Assembly: GCF_009914755.1 (NCBI RefSeq)
Contig: NC_060935.1
Source: the human T2T-CHM13v2.0 reference genome, Homo sapiens
Direction: 5' to 3' (one strand)
DNA: 64,000 bases
In this document: positions 42,761-60,059 of the stretch, in pieces
Layout of the letters: each line of letters begins with the position of its first letter
Numbering within the stretch: the stretch's first letter is position 1
Program-made: the position numbers and the translations under genes
The notes under the pieces: model-generated
The model's input: only the letters and a program-made list of their open reading frames with translations
The model's database searches: none
Told to the model about the DNA's origin: nothing

Positions 42761-43159
42761 AGCATTGGGTAATTTATTAAACTACTCTTACTCTTATTAT
42801 CCCCGTATGCAGTCTTACTATCCACATATCCAGGAAGAAAATAAAAGTAACTACCTTGCTTGATTATTGGAAGGTTCAAATGCAACTCAAATAAAGGATC
42901 TGAATGTTCACTAAATAAGACAAATTTTTAACTTTATTGTTAAAATTAATTTTTTTTACTTTTGGTCTCAGCTCTTCATCTCTAAAATAAAATCAGTCAA
43001 GAAAGTGATTCATTCTGAATTTCATTTTAGTGCAAACAAACTTGAACAACATGTACCACATTTAAAGCATGATGACAACACAAGATTTTTTTGTCTTTAT
43101 TCTCATAGATTAATGACTAGGGAAAAATACTTCAATGACACATTTATGCAATTATTTAA

Positions 43160-43512
43160 CCTTCCTTCCTTCCTTCCTTTCCTTTGCTTTAGTTCTTTCA
43201 TTCTTTCTTGTTTCTTTTTCTTTTTCCTTCCTTCTGGTATCACTCTGTCATCTAAGCTGGAGTGCAGTGGTGCAATCAAAGCTCACTACAGCCTTGAACA
43301 ACTGAGATCAATGAATCCTCCTGCATCAGCCTCCCATGTAGTTGGGATTACAGGCACACAAAACCATGCCAGGCAATTTTTTTTTTTGCATTTTTTTTCA
43401 AGATGAGATATATCCATGTTGCCAGACCAGTCTCAAACTCCTGGTCTCAAGCAATCCTTTCAACTCTGCCCTCATAGCTAGGATTACAGGTGCAAGCCAC
43501 TGTGCCTGGAAC
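43160..43512 (-). mobile_element. AluJo with (TTCC)n-type tail
   Basis: gctcactacagccttgaac; ctcctggtctcaagcaatcct; TSD caattatttaa at 43149-43159 and 43513-43523. Confidence 0.9.
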
Positions 43513-43715
43513 CAATTATTTAATATTTAACATATATTCAGTTGCAAGAATTCATTCAGTGCTTACTCTCTCCAAAGCACTTTACTAGGTGTGATCATCC
43601 ACTCATAAATTTATTTGGGTAATAAAGTTCCTGCTTTTAAGGACATTCTTACTTAACAGAAATTAAAATAATACATAGACTAACTTTTGCCAGTAAATCA
43701 CATAACATTTTGTTT

Positions 43716-44133
43716 TGTGGTGGGCAGGTCTATGAAACCTAAGGAGAAAGTCCAAGTAAGTAGAGAGTCAGAAGAAAGAGGTTGACAAATCCAGTTTCTT
43801 AGAAAGAAAGTTTAATAAGGATTTATGAACAGAAGCTATGTCTGTGTCTTGGGTGGCAGTGAGACAAGATGGTGGATCCCTGTGGCATCACCCCCCAAGA
43901 CCCAGGGTTTATACACTATAGGTAAATATGGTGCAGAAGGGATGTGTGGTACAATTGTAGTATGATAACATCAAGTTTGCTTTGACCTAAGGTCCGGAAT
44001 TATGGTACGTACATGCTCTTACACAAGGAAAAATAGATAAACTGGACATCTGAGAGGCCATCCTGAAACTGGGGTTAATCAGAAACCAATATGGTGGATT
44101 AGCATCCAAGATGGAGTTGCATTAACCTCCACA
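43716..44133 (-). mobile_element. MER93-like ERV1 solo LTR
   Basis: TG...CA termini; the reverse complement begins tgtggaggttaatgcaactccatcttggatgctaatcc...ttctgattaaccccagtt. Confidence 0.75.
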
Positions 44134-45599
44134 TCTTTCTCTAAGCTTCCACCTATATAAAATAGCTAAAATATTAAGCCTAGCTATCTAAGGCTGTTAT
44201 GAAGAACAACAAATAGCGAAGATTAAAATGTCTTATGAAAAGGAATTCGACTGCAAAGGTAGTGTGTGGCTTAATGAAAGTAAGATGAAGGACCCTTGCC
44301 TTAGTCCATTTTCTATCATAATGAGCTAGAAACAGTTGTACCTATAATGTCTTGACACTTCAATTACACCATTAGCCCCATATTAAATTTACTTAATGAT
44401 AATTATAGAAATAATACATAAATTCATTTTCATCTTCAAATTTAAAATATAAGTACACCTAAAGTCTCTCTTGAATCCTACTTTGCTAATCAGATTCTCC
44501 TTTCCCTGTACCCAAACTCCCAAAATGTAACTCCCACTATTAGGTTAATTGTGTATACCTCCAGATTTTTTCTGTTTACAAACATACATATGTGCCCAGA
44601 GAAAATGATTAACACTGTTTTTTTAATTTTATAAACATTTTCTACACTTGCTTGGAATTAAGAAGACTTTGAATAGTGAGTGACTCCAAAAGGAAATGTC
44701 TCATCAATTTAGAGTTGCAATACAAAACAAGGAAGAATCTTATTTGTAAATACTCACTCTGTGTGGAAAACAGCAGGCTGGGTGTCATTTTTAGAATCTC
44801 TATTAGCTTCTATTACAGCTAAACATTGAGTCTGAGTCTACCTGAAATAATCTAATGTTAAAACAACATATTTAAATAAAGAATAAAAGTGTGTAGTTTC
44901 ATTATTATAAATGGGAAATAAAATTAGTTGGACATTTTATAATGCATTTCTCAGTTGATAATAATGCAAATAGCTTTTTTTGTTTATATATTAATTAATG
45001 AGGGACCCTTTGAAAGTACTTTGAACATTACCTCTAAGCAGAGGATTTTATCTTTTTCTATTTTTGAGGATTTTATGTTGAGACTCTCCCCATTCATTTA
45101 AAAATACTTTCTTAATTTTCCCTGTCAATTGATATGAATAAACTATAACACATACACCCTACTTTTGTAATATTCATAAGCTCTCAGAAGAGATTTTGTT
45201 CTTCAAAAGCTTTATTTCAAGCAAAGGTTATCTATAGGTCATAATGGCATCATTGAAAAGTCAAATACTTTTTGTCACTGCATTTCATCAGTTACATATT
45301 TGAAGCAATACATTAACCAAAACTGCATTCCTGGACGTATGCTTTTTAAAATAACCTGATCAGCACCAAAAATTATATTATATATTAATATTACATAAAT
45401 ATTAAGCCATATTTTATTTAATTTCAAAGAAAATCCAAAAACATAGTACATCATTAATGTGGAAAAAGAAGATAGAGAAAATGTGCATTCATGTATATTT
45501 TCCTCTAAAGAGTCTAACTGCAAACCCTTTGAAAAATCAGGTCTGTAAGAACTGACACATCAGAATTAATGAGTGTCAAAAGAAAAGTTTCATAGTGAT

Positions 45600-45950
45600 A
45601 ATAATAATAATGAACATGAATTTAGTATGTTTTATCTCCCTTAATCCTCACTACAAACTCATAAAGTTGATTATCTCCATTTCTCTATTGAAACAACAAA
45701 GGGCACTTAGATCTTAAATAATTTGCTGGTAGACCACATAGCCTATAAGAGATGAAGCTACAATTCAAGTCTATATGTGTCTAACTGAAAAGCCAAATAC
45801 TTGGAACTACTATGATATTGTTTCCAAACTGTCTAGCTGTATTATTTAATCTCTTTGAAACTCTACCTAATCTGTGAAAAGACTACAGTGATCTCTGTTT
45901 TCCCCCAGTATTGTCAAGAAATTGGAGGTAGAAAATGTGTGATAACATAC
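45600..45950. mobile_element. MIR fragments (minus, then plus)
   Basis: ttaatcctcactacaaac...ttatctccattt...aatttgc...cacatagc...ttcaagtcta; ttaatctctttgaaactc. Confidence 0.55.
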
Positions 45951-46023
45951 ATTGAATGTTATGAAGGCATAGTGATTACTTTAGAAACTTAAAAATGAGG
46001 AAAACCATAGTTAAATTCAAAAG

Positions 46024-46351
46024 AAGGTTGAGATTCCCTTGTCTGAAATGCTCGGGACCAGAACTGTTTCAAATTTCTAATTTTTTAATTTTATAATGTT
46101 TTTGTTTACATTATGATATATCTGTGGATGGGATCCAAGTGTAAATATAAAATTCACTTGTGTTTCATATCCATCTCATACACATAGCCTGAAGGTAATT
46201 TTATAAAATATTTTTAAATAGTTTTGTGTATGAAACAAAGTTTTTGTATATTGAAACATCAGAAAGCAATGATGTTAGGTTGGCACTCAAAATGTTTTAG
46301 ATTTAGGTGCAATTTGCATTTTTAATTTTCAGATTAGGAATGCACAGCCTG
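46024..46351. mobile_element. Tigger4 (Zombi)/MER46-type MITE
   Basis: TIRs aggttgagattcccttgtctgaaatgc and ttcagattaggaatgcacagcctg followed by TA; catagcctgaaggtaatttta. Confidence 0.85.
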
Positions 46352-46928
46352 TAGTATTTTTTGCTGCCTTATGGAAAGCTACATAATTTGCAGTATAAAC
46401 ATAGTAGAAAATATTGCAAGGAGAAACAATCTCATATTTGTCAGACTTCTTTATTTCCCAAATCCTGCCTATAACACAAAGCAGAAGGTAGTTTATTAGA
46501 AAGCCTATGAGAGTCTACAAAAGATAAACAAGGTAAAATATTGTTTAACAACTATTTCCAAATGTATTAAGGAGAATCACAAAGCCAAAGAAATCACTAC
46601 TTCCTAGACTCAAGCATAATAATAAAAAATCTGATACATACCTGAGAGAGGGCATTGGGAGAGATATGACAGGATTTATCTAGATTACCTGAGTCTAGGA
46701 ACACTAGCATTATTTGTACACAATGACAGTGGTTCCTCTGGAATTCATAAAAATATAAACCATTAATACTATTTCTATATATCTTTCCTAACTTGATAAA
46801 ATAATGTGACCCTGATACCATAAAAAATGCTGAGACTTTTTGTATTTAACCAATATTAAGTTAGCTGTGGTAGTTAAAAAAAATTAATTAAACTTTTTTT
46901 GAAAGTTAAAAATTCAAATAATATCAAT

Positions 46929-49900
46929 GAATTTCATCAGCAAGATGGTGGAATAGGACTCTTCAGCCCATGTCCTCCCTCAGAAACATCAATTTGAACA
47001 ACTATTCGTGCACAAAAATACCTTCACAAGCACAAAGGAAACAAGGTGATAGATTACAGCACCTGAGTGAAGCACAGATATAATAAATAAGATTGAAGAG
47101 GGTAAGAATAAGAGCATATATTGCCTGTTACCTCTATTACCCCTCATCCAATCACAGGCAACAGAGCATGAACAGAAATAGCCTCTGAGTGAGCAAAGGA
47201 GAAAGAAGAGATTAACGGGCATTGCCATGGATTCCAACACTGGCCTTCCCTATTAAAACTCAGTGTGAGGCAGGTCTCCATAGCCCCAGACTCCTGACCA
47301 GTACCAATGAGCTATGAATCCAGGCCTGCCCCAGCTCCAGGACTGTGTTGCAGATTCAGTCTTTAGGTGGTCCCACTACAGTTCTGACCTCAGTGGCCCC
47401 AGGCTCCAGACTACCCTCAGCACTCAGCTGGCCCCAGAAACCCTGAAATCTGTACTGTCTTTATTGCCAGGTGGCCACTGACTGTAAATCACCCCAGAAC
47501 CAGAAGTGGCCCCAGCCTTTAAGCCTGTCCTAGCAAGAAACCAACTCTTGCAGCCCTAGTCATCAGACCAGCACCTGTACACCCATCCTCCAGTCCAGCC
47601 CCTGTGGATATATACTCAAAACCCACTCAATACAAGGCCAGCCCTATGCCTCAGTCTTAAGGCCCAGCTCAGACACAAATGGTTACTCTGTTTTCAAAAA
47701 CCAGACAGGCACACGAAGACACAGGCTCCAGGCTTGCCAACTGCTAGGTTGATACATGCAATCTCACACTCTAGGCTGGCCCCTGGAAATCTGTGCTCCA
47801 GCAGACTCAGGGTTCAGGCCTGTAACTGTAGACATCAGCACTTGACAAGTAGACCTAGGGTTCAGGACTGCTCCTGTGTATGCTGGTCCCATGATTGTTT
47901 CCAAGGCCTTGGGATTCAGGTCAGCCTTCCCAGACCTAACCTCTAGGCCTAGACATGCACACCCAGCATCCAATAGGGTTCTAGCTGACATAGGCTCCAG
48001 GCTGGTCCCCAAGTCTCTAGGCTCCAGGCCAGTCCCAATGACTCCAGTCATCAGGTCTACACCTGCAATCATAGGCTCCAGACCAAGACCCACATACCCA
48101 GTCTTTGAACCAGTTCCAGCACCAACTTGACCCCAGGCATGAGGCCAGTGCCCATGGGTCCAGGCTCCAGAGGACCCCAGGGCCCAAGCCTGTTCTATCA
48201 TACCTAAAGTCCAGACCCACCAAATAGACACCAGTGCCATGTTGGAACCCATAAACTGAGGCTCCTAGACCACCCTGGCAAACCAGGGTCCAGGCTACGT
48301 CCTGTGGACTCAGGATTTAGGCTTATCCAAGTGGCCCTAAGAACAAAGTCCATTGCCAGGGCACGTTCAGGACCTGTGAAACCAGGCTTCAGGCTGGTAC
48401 CCATGGACACAGGGTCCAAGCCTGCCTTGTGGACCCAATATTTAGGCCAATTCCCACAAACCCAATTAAAAAGTCCACTCCAGTGAATCCAGACTTCAGG
48501 ACCTAGACACCAGGCCTTTATATCTGATTATCTGTGTGCCAAATCCAGTTTGGCTAAGGACTCCATCAGCAAGCCAGCCCTGAATCACACCAATAACTTG
48601 CTAAGAATTTCTAGACAAGTAGAAGACTGGTAAAGGTCTTTTTCACCAAAGAACAGTCTGCAAAGAGTAGAATAAGTCCCTGTATCTTCAAATGTGCCAA
48701 GATCAGTATAAGGCAACATGATACATGACAAACCAAGGATACTAATACCACCAAAAGAATAGAATAATCTCCCAGTAGAAATGGAGATACACAAACTGCT
48801 AGATAAAAAATTCAAAATAATTGCTTCAAGAAAGCCCAACAAACATTAAGAAAATACAGAGAAATAATTCAATGAAATCAGAAAAATAATAAATGACCAA
48901 CATAAAACATTTAATAAGAAATTAAAATTATTTTTTTAAAAAACCAAATAGAAATTCTGGAGCTGAAAAATACAATGAACAAAATAGAAAAGGAAATAGA
49001 GAGCATCAACAGTAGAAATGATCAAAGTGAAGAAAGGATCTGAACTTGAAAACAGGTTATTTAAAAATATATACTCAGAAGGAAAAAAAGAATTAAAAAA
49101 AGACATCTCACAGGATTTAAAGGTCAGCATCAAAAGAACAAATTTTCAAGAAATAATAATTCATGAAGGATAAGCAAAAGATGAAAGAGTAGAAAGTTTA
49201 CTTAAATAAATAATGGCAGAAAATTTTTTAAATTTGGAGAAAGATATTAATGTCTAGATACAGGAAGGGCAAAATTATCCAATCAGATTCAATCAAAACA
49301 AGACTACACCAAGAAATAATTTAAACAAACTGTAAAAATCAATCATAAGGAGATAATCCTGAAGCCATAAAGAGCAAGGAAGCAAAGTAACATCTGAGGG
49401 AGTCACCATAAAGCCAACAGCAGATTGCTCAGCAAAGACCTCACAGGCCAAGAGAGAGTGGGAGATACATTCAAAGTGCTGAAGAAAAACAACTTTGAAC
49501 CAAGAATACTGCACCCGGCGAAGAAATAAAAGAGAAAAAAAAAAAACTTCCAGATAAACAAAAGCTGAGAGTTAATCACTACCAGACCTGTCTTACAAGA
49601 AATGCTAAAGGGAGTTTTTTAAACTGAAGAAAAGGATGCTAAATAGTAACACAAAAAACATATGACAGTATAAAACTCAGTGGTAAAAGTATGCTGTCGA
49701 ATTCAAAATACTCTATTACACTTATATCTTTACTATGAAAATTAAAATACAAAACCATAAAAGTAATTATAGCTATAATAACTTGTTAAGGACTGTGCAA
49801 TATAAAAAGAAAGATCCTGTGACATCAAAAATGCTAAATGTGGGTAAGGTGGAGTAAAAGTCAGTTTTTTATGTATTCAATGTTAAAATGTTATCAGCTT

Positions 49901-52144
49901 TAAATACCCTGTTATAACTATAAGGTGTTTGTGATAAGACTCATAGTAACCACAGTGCAAAAATGTATAGTAGATACACAAAAGATAAGAAGTAAGGAAC
50001 CAATACACACCACTAGAAAAAAAACCCATGTATTTACAAATGAAGACAGCAATAGAGAAAGAAAAAAAATGAATCTATGAAATAATCACAAAGCAATTAA
50101 CAAAATATCAGTATCAGTAGCAAGTTCTTACAAGTCAACAATTACCTTAAATGTAAGTGGATTAAGTTCTCTAATCAAAGCAAATAAAGTGGCTGAATGG
50201 ATTAAAACATAAAGAAGACCCAACAATATGATGCCTGTAAAAGAGTCACTTGATTTGAAAGGATATACATATCTTGAAAGTGAAGGGATAGTAGAAGATA
50301 TTCTATGCAAATTGAAACCAAAAGAGAGCAGAAGCTACAACTATAGATACTCTAGATAAAATTGACTGACATTTTTAGATCAAAAACTATAAAATAATAC
50401 AGAAAATATCTTTATATAATGATAAAGTATTCAACTCACCAAGAGGATATAACAATTATAAATATATGTGCACCCAACATCAGAGCACCTAAATATATAA
50501 AGCAACCTGAAAAGAGAGAGAGACAACTACACTTTAGACCAAATTTATCTAAGAGCTATGTACAGAACATCCCATCCAACAGCAGCAAAATACACATTAT
50601 TTCCTCTGTACACAGAACATTCATCAAGATAGATCATATTTTAGGTCACAAAACAAGCCTTAACAAATTCAAGACGAATGAAATTATGACAAGTATGTTT
50701 TCTGGCCACAGTGGTATGAAGCTATAAATCTATAATAGAATAAATTTTGGAAAATTTACAAATTCGTGGAAATGAAACAATATGCCCCTGAACAAAAAAC
50801 TGATCAAAGAAGAAACTAAAAGGGAAATTAAAAAGCATCTTGAGACAAATAAAAATGGAAACACAACATACACAAAGAACTTATGGGATGTAATAAAAGC
50901 AGTTTTAAGAGGAAAGATTATAGCAATAAATGTCTACAACAAAAAAGAAGAAAGTTCCCAAATATACAACTTAACATTACACCTCAGAGAACTAGTAAAT
51001 GAAGAAAAATCTAAGCTTAAAGTCAGGAGAAGAAAGACAAAATAAAGATCATAGCAAAAATAGGTGAAATGAAGACTAGAAAATCAATACGAAAGATTAA
51101 TATAACCCAGTTGTTTTTTTGAAAATATAAAACTGACAAACCTTTAGCTACACTAACTTAAAAATACAGACAAAAAACTCAAATAAATATAATCAGAAAT
51201 AAAGAGAATACATGACAGCTAGTACCCCAATAATGTAAATTATCAAAAAATACTATTATGAACAGTTATATACCAACAAATTTGATAACCTAGAGGAAAT
51301 GGTACATTTCTAGACACATACTATCTGTCATGTTTGAACCAAAAAGCAACAGAAAAGCTAAACACGTCAATAACAAGTAAGGAGAGTGAATCAATAAAAA
51401 TTTTCCCTCAGAGGAGAACCCAGGACCTGATGGCTTACTGCAAAATTTTACCAAACTTTATAGAATAACTAATATTAATACTTCTCAGGCCCTTTTGAAA
51501 TACTGATGAACTCATTTTATAAGATTGGCTTTACTGTGACATCTAGGACAGAGAAGGATACCACAAAAATAAAACTCAAATGGAATCCAACAGTCCATTA
51601 AATAGATTATTCAACATGATTGAGTGGGATTTGTCCCAGGCATGCAAGCATAGTTTAACAAATGCAAATTTATAAATGTGATAAACCACATTAACAGAAT
51701 GAAGCACAAAAATTGCACAGTAATATCAATAGGTGCCAAAAAAGCATTGAACAAAGTTCAACATTCTTTCATGACAAAAACTCTCAACAAATTAGGTATA
51801 GAAGAATTTTATCTCAACACAATGAAGGTCTTATATGACAAACCCACAGCTATTATTGCATTCAATAATGAAAAGTAGAAAGCTTTTTCTATAGGCTCTG
51901 GAACACAACAAGGATTCTCAATCTTGCAACTTCAAGCATAGTACTTAAAGTCCTAGTCAGAAAAATTAGGCATTAGAAAGAAATAAAAGACATCAAGATT
52001 GGAAAGGAAGAAATAAATTGTTTCTGTTTGCAGATATCATGGTCTCATATATAAAAATCACTAAAAATGCTACCAAGAAACTGTCAGGATAACTAATAAG
52101 CAAATTCAGTGATTCTTCAAAATAGAAGATGAACATATAGACTT
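46929..52144 (+). mobile_element. Old L1 (L1MA4-8/L1M2-like): 5'UTR, ORF1, inter-ORF, ORF2 EN to RT; 3' part missing
   Basis: Starts agcaagatggtggaatagg; GC-rich repeat 5'UTR; ORF1 remnants about 48700-49630; ORF2 peptides HQEDITIINICAPNIRAPKYIKQ, IDHILGHKTSLNKFK, LWDVIKAVLRGK, INHINR...ISIGAKKALNKVQH. Confidence 0.9.
47260..48590 (+). repeat. Degenerate GC-rich tandem array in the L1 5'UTR
   Basis: Recurrent ccaggctccagg / ctggcccc / gacccagg units. Confidence 0.75.
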
Positions 52145-53754
52145 GGGGTGGAGCAAGATGGTGGAATAGAAGGCTTTACCAATTGTTCCCACCACAAAGA
52201 CACCAATTTAACCATGATCTACACACAAAAAAGCACCTTTACAAAAAACAAAAGTCAGATGAGCAATCACAGTACCTGGTTTTAACTTCCTATCACTGAA
52301 AGAAGCACTGAAGAGATAGGAAAAACAGTCTTGACTCACTGATCCTACCCCTCCCCCACACCCTGGCAGCAGTGGCATGATGCGGAGAGCATTTCTGTGA
52401 TACTGGGAGAGGGAGATTGCAGCAATTTTGAGCCATTAAACTCAGTGATGCTCTATTATAACAGAAAACAAACCAAAACAAATTCAGCAGACACCCACCC
52501 ACAGAGGGAGCATTTAAACCAGCTTTAGACAGATGAAAATCACTGATCCCAGGAGTCTGAATTTCAGTTCCTGCAAGCCTCCCCAGTGCCAGCTAAGGAG
52601 CTCTGCAGCTATAATTAAACTTGAAAGGAAGTCTAGGCCACAAAGATGGCAACTTCTAGGTGAGTTCTAGTGTTGACATGGGCCCAGATACAGTGCACCA
52701 GTGGGGATGTGCAACCTACTGAGACAACAGGGTTGGTTAAGTGAGTCCTGGCATCACCCCTCTCCTAATCCCAGGCTGCACAGCTCACAGCTCCAAAAGA
52801 GACACTTTCTGTCTACTAGAGAAGATAGGGAAGAGTGAGAAGCATTTTGTCTTAAATCTTCAATGGCAGCTCAGCCACAGAACGATAGGGCACTGGTCAG
52901 AATCATGAGACCTCCTATGCAGGCCCTAGCTCCTGGATGACATTTCTAGACATACCACACTACAGAAAGGAACCCGCTGCCTTGAGGAGAAGGTGCCATT
53001 CCTGGAATGATTCATTACATGCTATCTGAAGAGCCCCTGGGCCCTGAATAACCAGCAGTGATACCCAGGTAATGTGTCAACGGCCTTGGGTGAGACTCTG
53101 AGGCTTGCTATCTTCAAGTTAGACTCAGCACACTCCTAGCTGTGGTGGCTACAGGAAGAGACTCCCTCCACTTGAGAAAAAGTGAAAAAAATAAAGGGAA
53201 CTTTGTGTTGCCACCTTAGGTACCAGCCCTGCGCCAGTGGGACAGAGCAACAAGCAGACTCTTGGGGTCCCCAATTCCAGGATCTGACTCTTTGATGACA
53301 TTTCTGGACCTGCCCTACACCAAACTGGAGCCCACTGCCCTAAAGGGTAAGTCTCAGTCCAGGCAGCATTCACCACAAGGTGACAGAGCCCTTGGGCATT
53401 AAGGGAACATCAGCAGTAGTCTGGCAGTACTCCCCGTGGGCCTGTGGTGGCAGTGGTCATGGGGTGAGCCTCCTCTGCCTTTGGAAAGGAGAAGAAGGAA
53501 TAGGAAAGACTGCATGCTGTGGTTTGAATGCAAGCTCTGCTGTAGCACAAGAGTCCAAGGGAGGTGCCTGTGGTGATTTTTTCTAGTCCTTGGTTCCTGG
53601 AAGGCACCTCTGGACATGGCTGGGCCCTGGGGTACTTGCTACCCTGAACAGGACAATGGCTTGGCTGGCTTCACCACCTGCTGATTGTACAGCCCAGGGC
53701 CCTGAGTGATCATGAGCCATAGCCAGTGGCTAGGGCAGGCCTTGGGCAAGACCC
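52145..53754 (+). mobile_element. L1M1/L1MA-type 5'UTR nested in the older L1; remainder deleted
   Basis: ggggtggagcaagatggtggaatagaagg...gcaatcacagtacctggttttaacttc...aagaagcactgaagag; about 300-360 bp internal units; homologous to the element at 60928. Confidence 0.88.
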
Positions 53755-53936
53755 CTTTCACTTGGTTGTCATTTCTGTCTTTCCTGCCGCTATGCACAAT
53801 TTCCCTTTCACATTTTGGCATAATTGTGAGGCCTCCTCAGCCACATGGAACTATGAGTTCATTAAACCTCTTTCTCTTTGTAAGTTACCCAGTCTCAGGT
53901 ATATCTTTATCAGCAGTGTGAAAACAGATTAATACA
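53751..53936 (+). mobile_element. THE1C-like LTR, 3' half only
   Basis: acccctttcacttgg...ttgtgaggcctcctcagccacatggaact...ttacccagtctcaggtatatctttatcagcagtgtgaaaacagattaataca. Confidence 0.85.
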
Positions 53937-53984
53937 ATACTACTTCTAAGAATTCAATTTTGATATAATTGTACTATTTTTCCA

Positions 53985-54110
53985 TTATAATGTAAGATTT
54001 ATTACATTAGGCACTGTATCTATTTTTATTTCATTGTATTTCCAACTCTTAGCACAATATCTGGCAAAAAGTGGACACTAAATAAATATTTGTAGAATGA
54101 ACTAATTAAT
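53985..54110 (+). mobile_element. L2 3' end
   Basis: ttcattgtatttcca...tagcacaatatctggca...ataaatatttgtagaatgaa. Confidence 0.7.
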
Positions 54111-54189
54111 GAGAAAATAACTGGGGCACCTAAAATCTGCAAGATATTTTATGTACATATTTATTTAACTTTCAAAATGATGTTACATG

Positions 54190-57605
<3,416 letters not shown>

Positions 57606-57639
57606 TTACACCTTACTTGCACTGAATTTTAAACCATGA

Positions 57640-58175
57640 GTGACAAGTTTCCAGGTAGATATTAAGAGACAAACAATCCTGGATAGTGGGAAAAAGTGAA
57701 TAGATACATGAAATTACACAGTGGGTTCAAGTAACTACAAATTATTTATTGAAAGCAGAGAATACTGGAAGATAAGGCTGAGCAAGTATATAAAGGTCTT
57801 GCATATAATGTTAAGGAAGTAAGATATCATTCTGTGGTATTAAAGTGTGAATGAAGAATTTCAAGCAAGTGAATAAAGGTTAGATATATTTTGAAAAGTC
57901 ATGCTGATATGGAATTCAGGTTTATTGAAAGATAAGACCAAAGAAAGAGGGAACAGTACAGAGACTTTTAATATTCTCAGTGAGAAATAATGAAATTTAA
58001 ACTAGGGCTAGGGAATGTGGAGGTCAATAAATATTAGAAATGTTTAAATATTTAGAGGATGGTATTGTTAAACCTATTCTCTAGAAGTGAAAGCTGAGCT
58101 TATGTAATAAAATAAATACAGGGTGCTAAGATGCATCTCAGGTTCTGGCAAGATAAACTGACTGCATGGTACTAA
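57640..58175 (-). mobile_element. L2 fragment
   Basis: aggtcttgcatataatgttaaggaag; gtgagaaataatgaaatttaaactaggg; caggttctggc...aactgactgcatggtac. Confidence 0.55.
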
Positions 58176-59981
58176 CATTCTCTCTCTTATACAAATCTCA
58201 ATAAACATTTTAGGAAAAATCAAATGAATATGGTAACTTTAAAATGGGTGCACAGTTTTCAATAAATATAAATATTTTCATTCAGTACACATTCATTTTT
58301 CCCATGAATATCCAATCTCTTCTGAATTTTTTTATATTTAATAAATTTGTTATTAAAATTTCAAAAGGTGAAATATACTAATTTTAAACCTGAATATAAT
58401 AAATCCGTCCAGTCAGGAATTAATTTGTTCATTCAGTCAGCCAACAAGTATTTGAATATACAGAAAATGTGGATACATGATGAATATCTGTATCTGTATT
58501 CTGTCCTTGAATAGGTTATTTTAATATAAAACAGGTTAAGATAGATGTCAGAACAGTTATTAAAACATTTCAAAATAATTATTTTGTATGAAAATAGGAG
58601 GGAAAAAGGATTAAGGAGATAAATGCCTAAGAACTCAGGCAAAAATATAATTATTTTTATATGTGAAAAATATGCTGAAGCATCCTGTGTATAATTTCAA
58701 TAAACGATAAGTCTTAATAATATGATTTAGAAGATTTGGATATCTTAAAATCCAACTTTAAGTAATATATTCTCAGAAAAGCTAATAATGTAAACAACCA
58801 TGCCTGAAATTTGAGTAACGCAAATTCCCACAAAATTGCAGGAAGCACACTTCCTACCAGCATAAATATAAGTAAATTATGAAAATCAGAGAACATCTTG
58901 TGGAAAATGAAAAAACAAATTATGCAAAATTCGAATGTATTTATTTTATGAGAAACCGCATGCACTGATAAAGAAAAAAGTTTTTATGATATATTGCTTG
59001 GTTGTTTTTTGTCTGTATGAAAATTCATTGCTAGTGGACTATGCCTCATTTCTGGATTTTAAGCTTCTAGCAATTTTGATAACAATAAAAAGGGAGTTTT
59101 ATTTTTACACACATAAAATAGCTTATTAATACAAAATTTAAAATTACAGTGTTATCAGTTAAACTCCAGATAGGCCAATACTACCTTTCAACCAAAGAAT
59201 AAAAACACAAGTTTTTTCTTTCCTAATTAATAATGCTAATTTCAAGAGTCATTTATATCCTGCATCTAAGTCACTAAAGATGTAGCCGATATCAGCAGTT
59301 AATGGTTAGTTTGCTCTTTAGGACGGTGATGAAACTCAAAGCAAATGAATAGTTTCAAAAGCTGTATGCTAATTATGTTAACAAATTATTTGGAAGGATT
59401 GATACTGGTAAAAGCTGTGAATACATTTATAATGATCAAAATTAGTATCTAAGTTACAATTGAACTTCCATGTAGTGGGGAGAGCTATTGAATGGTTTTC
59501 ATTAAATTTATTGTAGACACACTACACTGTTTTGAATCTCCCTATTTCCAAAATATTGGCAATTGTTCCACAATATCATAGGTATTTTAATAGACATTAT
59601 TTCTTAAAGTCCATGGAAACAATAGGCCTGTATTGACGAAGCATTATGCCTGCAAAAACAAATTCATCTAGCCTCTACCATTGTCAGACACTTCAAGAAA
59701 GGATTTATTTATTGTAAAACTTAATCCAGAATGTTGTAATCATGGAATAAATATAGTCTATTTACTTTTGAAATTTTAACAAAGGATATTTTAGTTCAAA
59801 GAACTAAAATATTAACAAGATATGAAAATAGCGCTTAGCTTATAAAAATGGATTCATAAATAAAGCACAATGACATATAGACCAAAGTAAAATCCTTAGC
59901 CCATAAAAAGCAAACTGGCCAAACTTCACATTTCACTGGGTTTTGAAGAACATTTTGCCATTGCAGCTTTGTAAATAGTGT

Positions 59982-60059
59982 TATAAAGGAGGAAGGGAAA
60001 TGCTTCAAATATCAATCCCACTTCCTGAGTCTCGGTCTGCAAATAAATCACAGGTAAGG
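59982..60059 (+). promoter_or_regulatory. Candidate core promoter and short first exon (TATA-like, Inr, 5' splice site)
   Basis: TATAAAG at 59982; Inr-like TCAATCC with A at 60014 (TATA at -32); ETS-type CACTTCCTG at 60019-60027; CAG|GTAAGG donor at 60053/60054. Motif spacing only. Confidence 0.3.
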
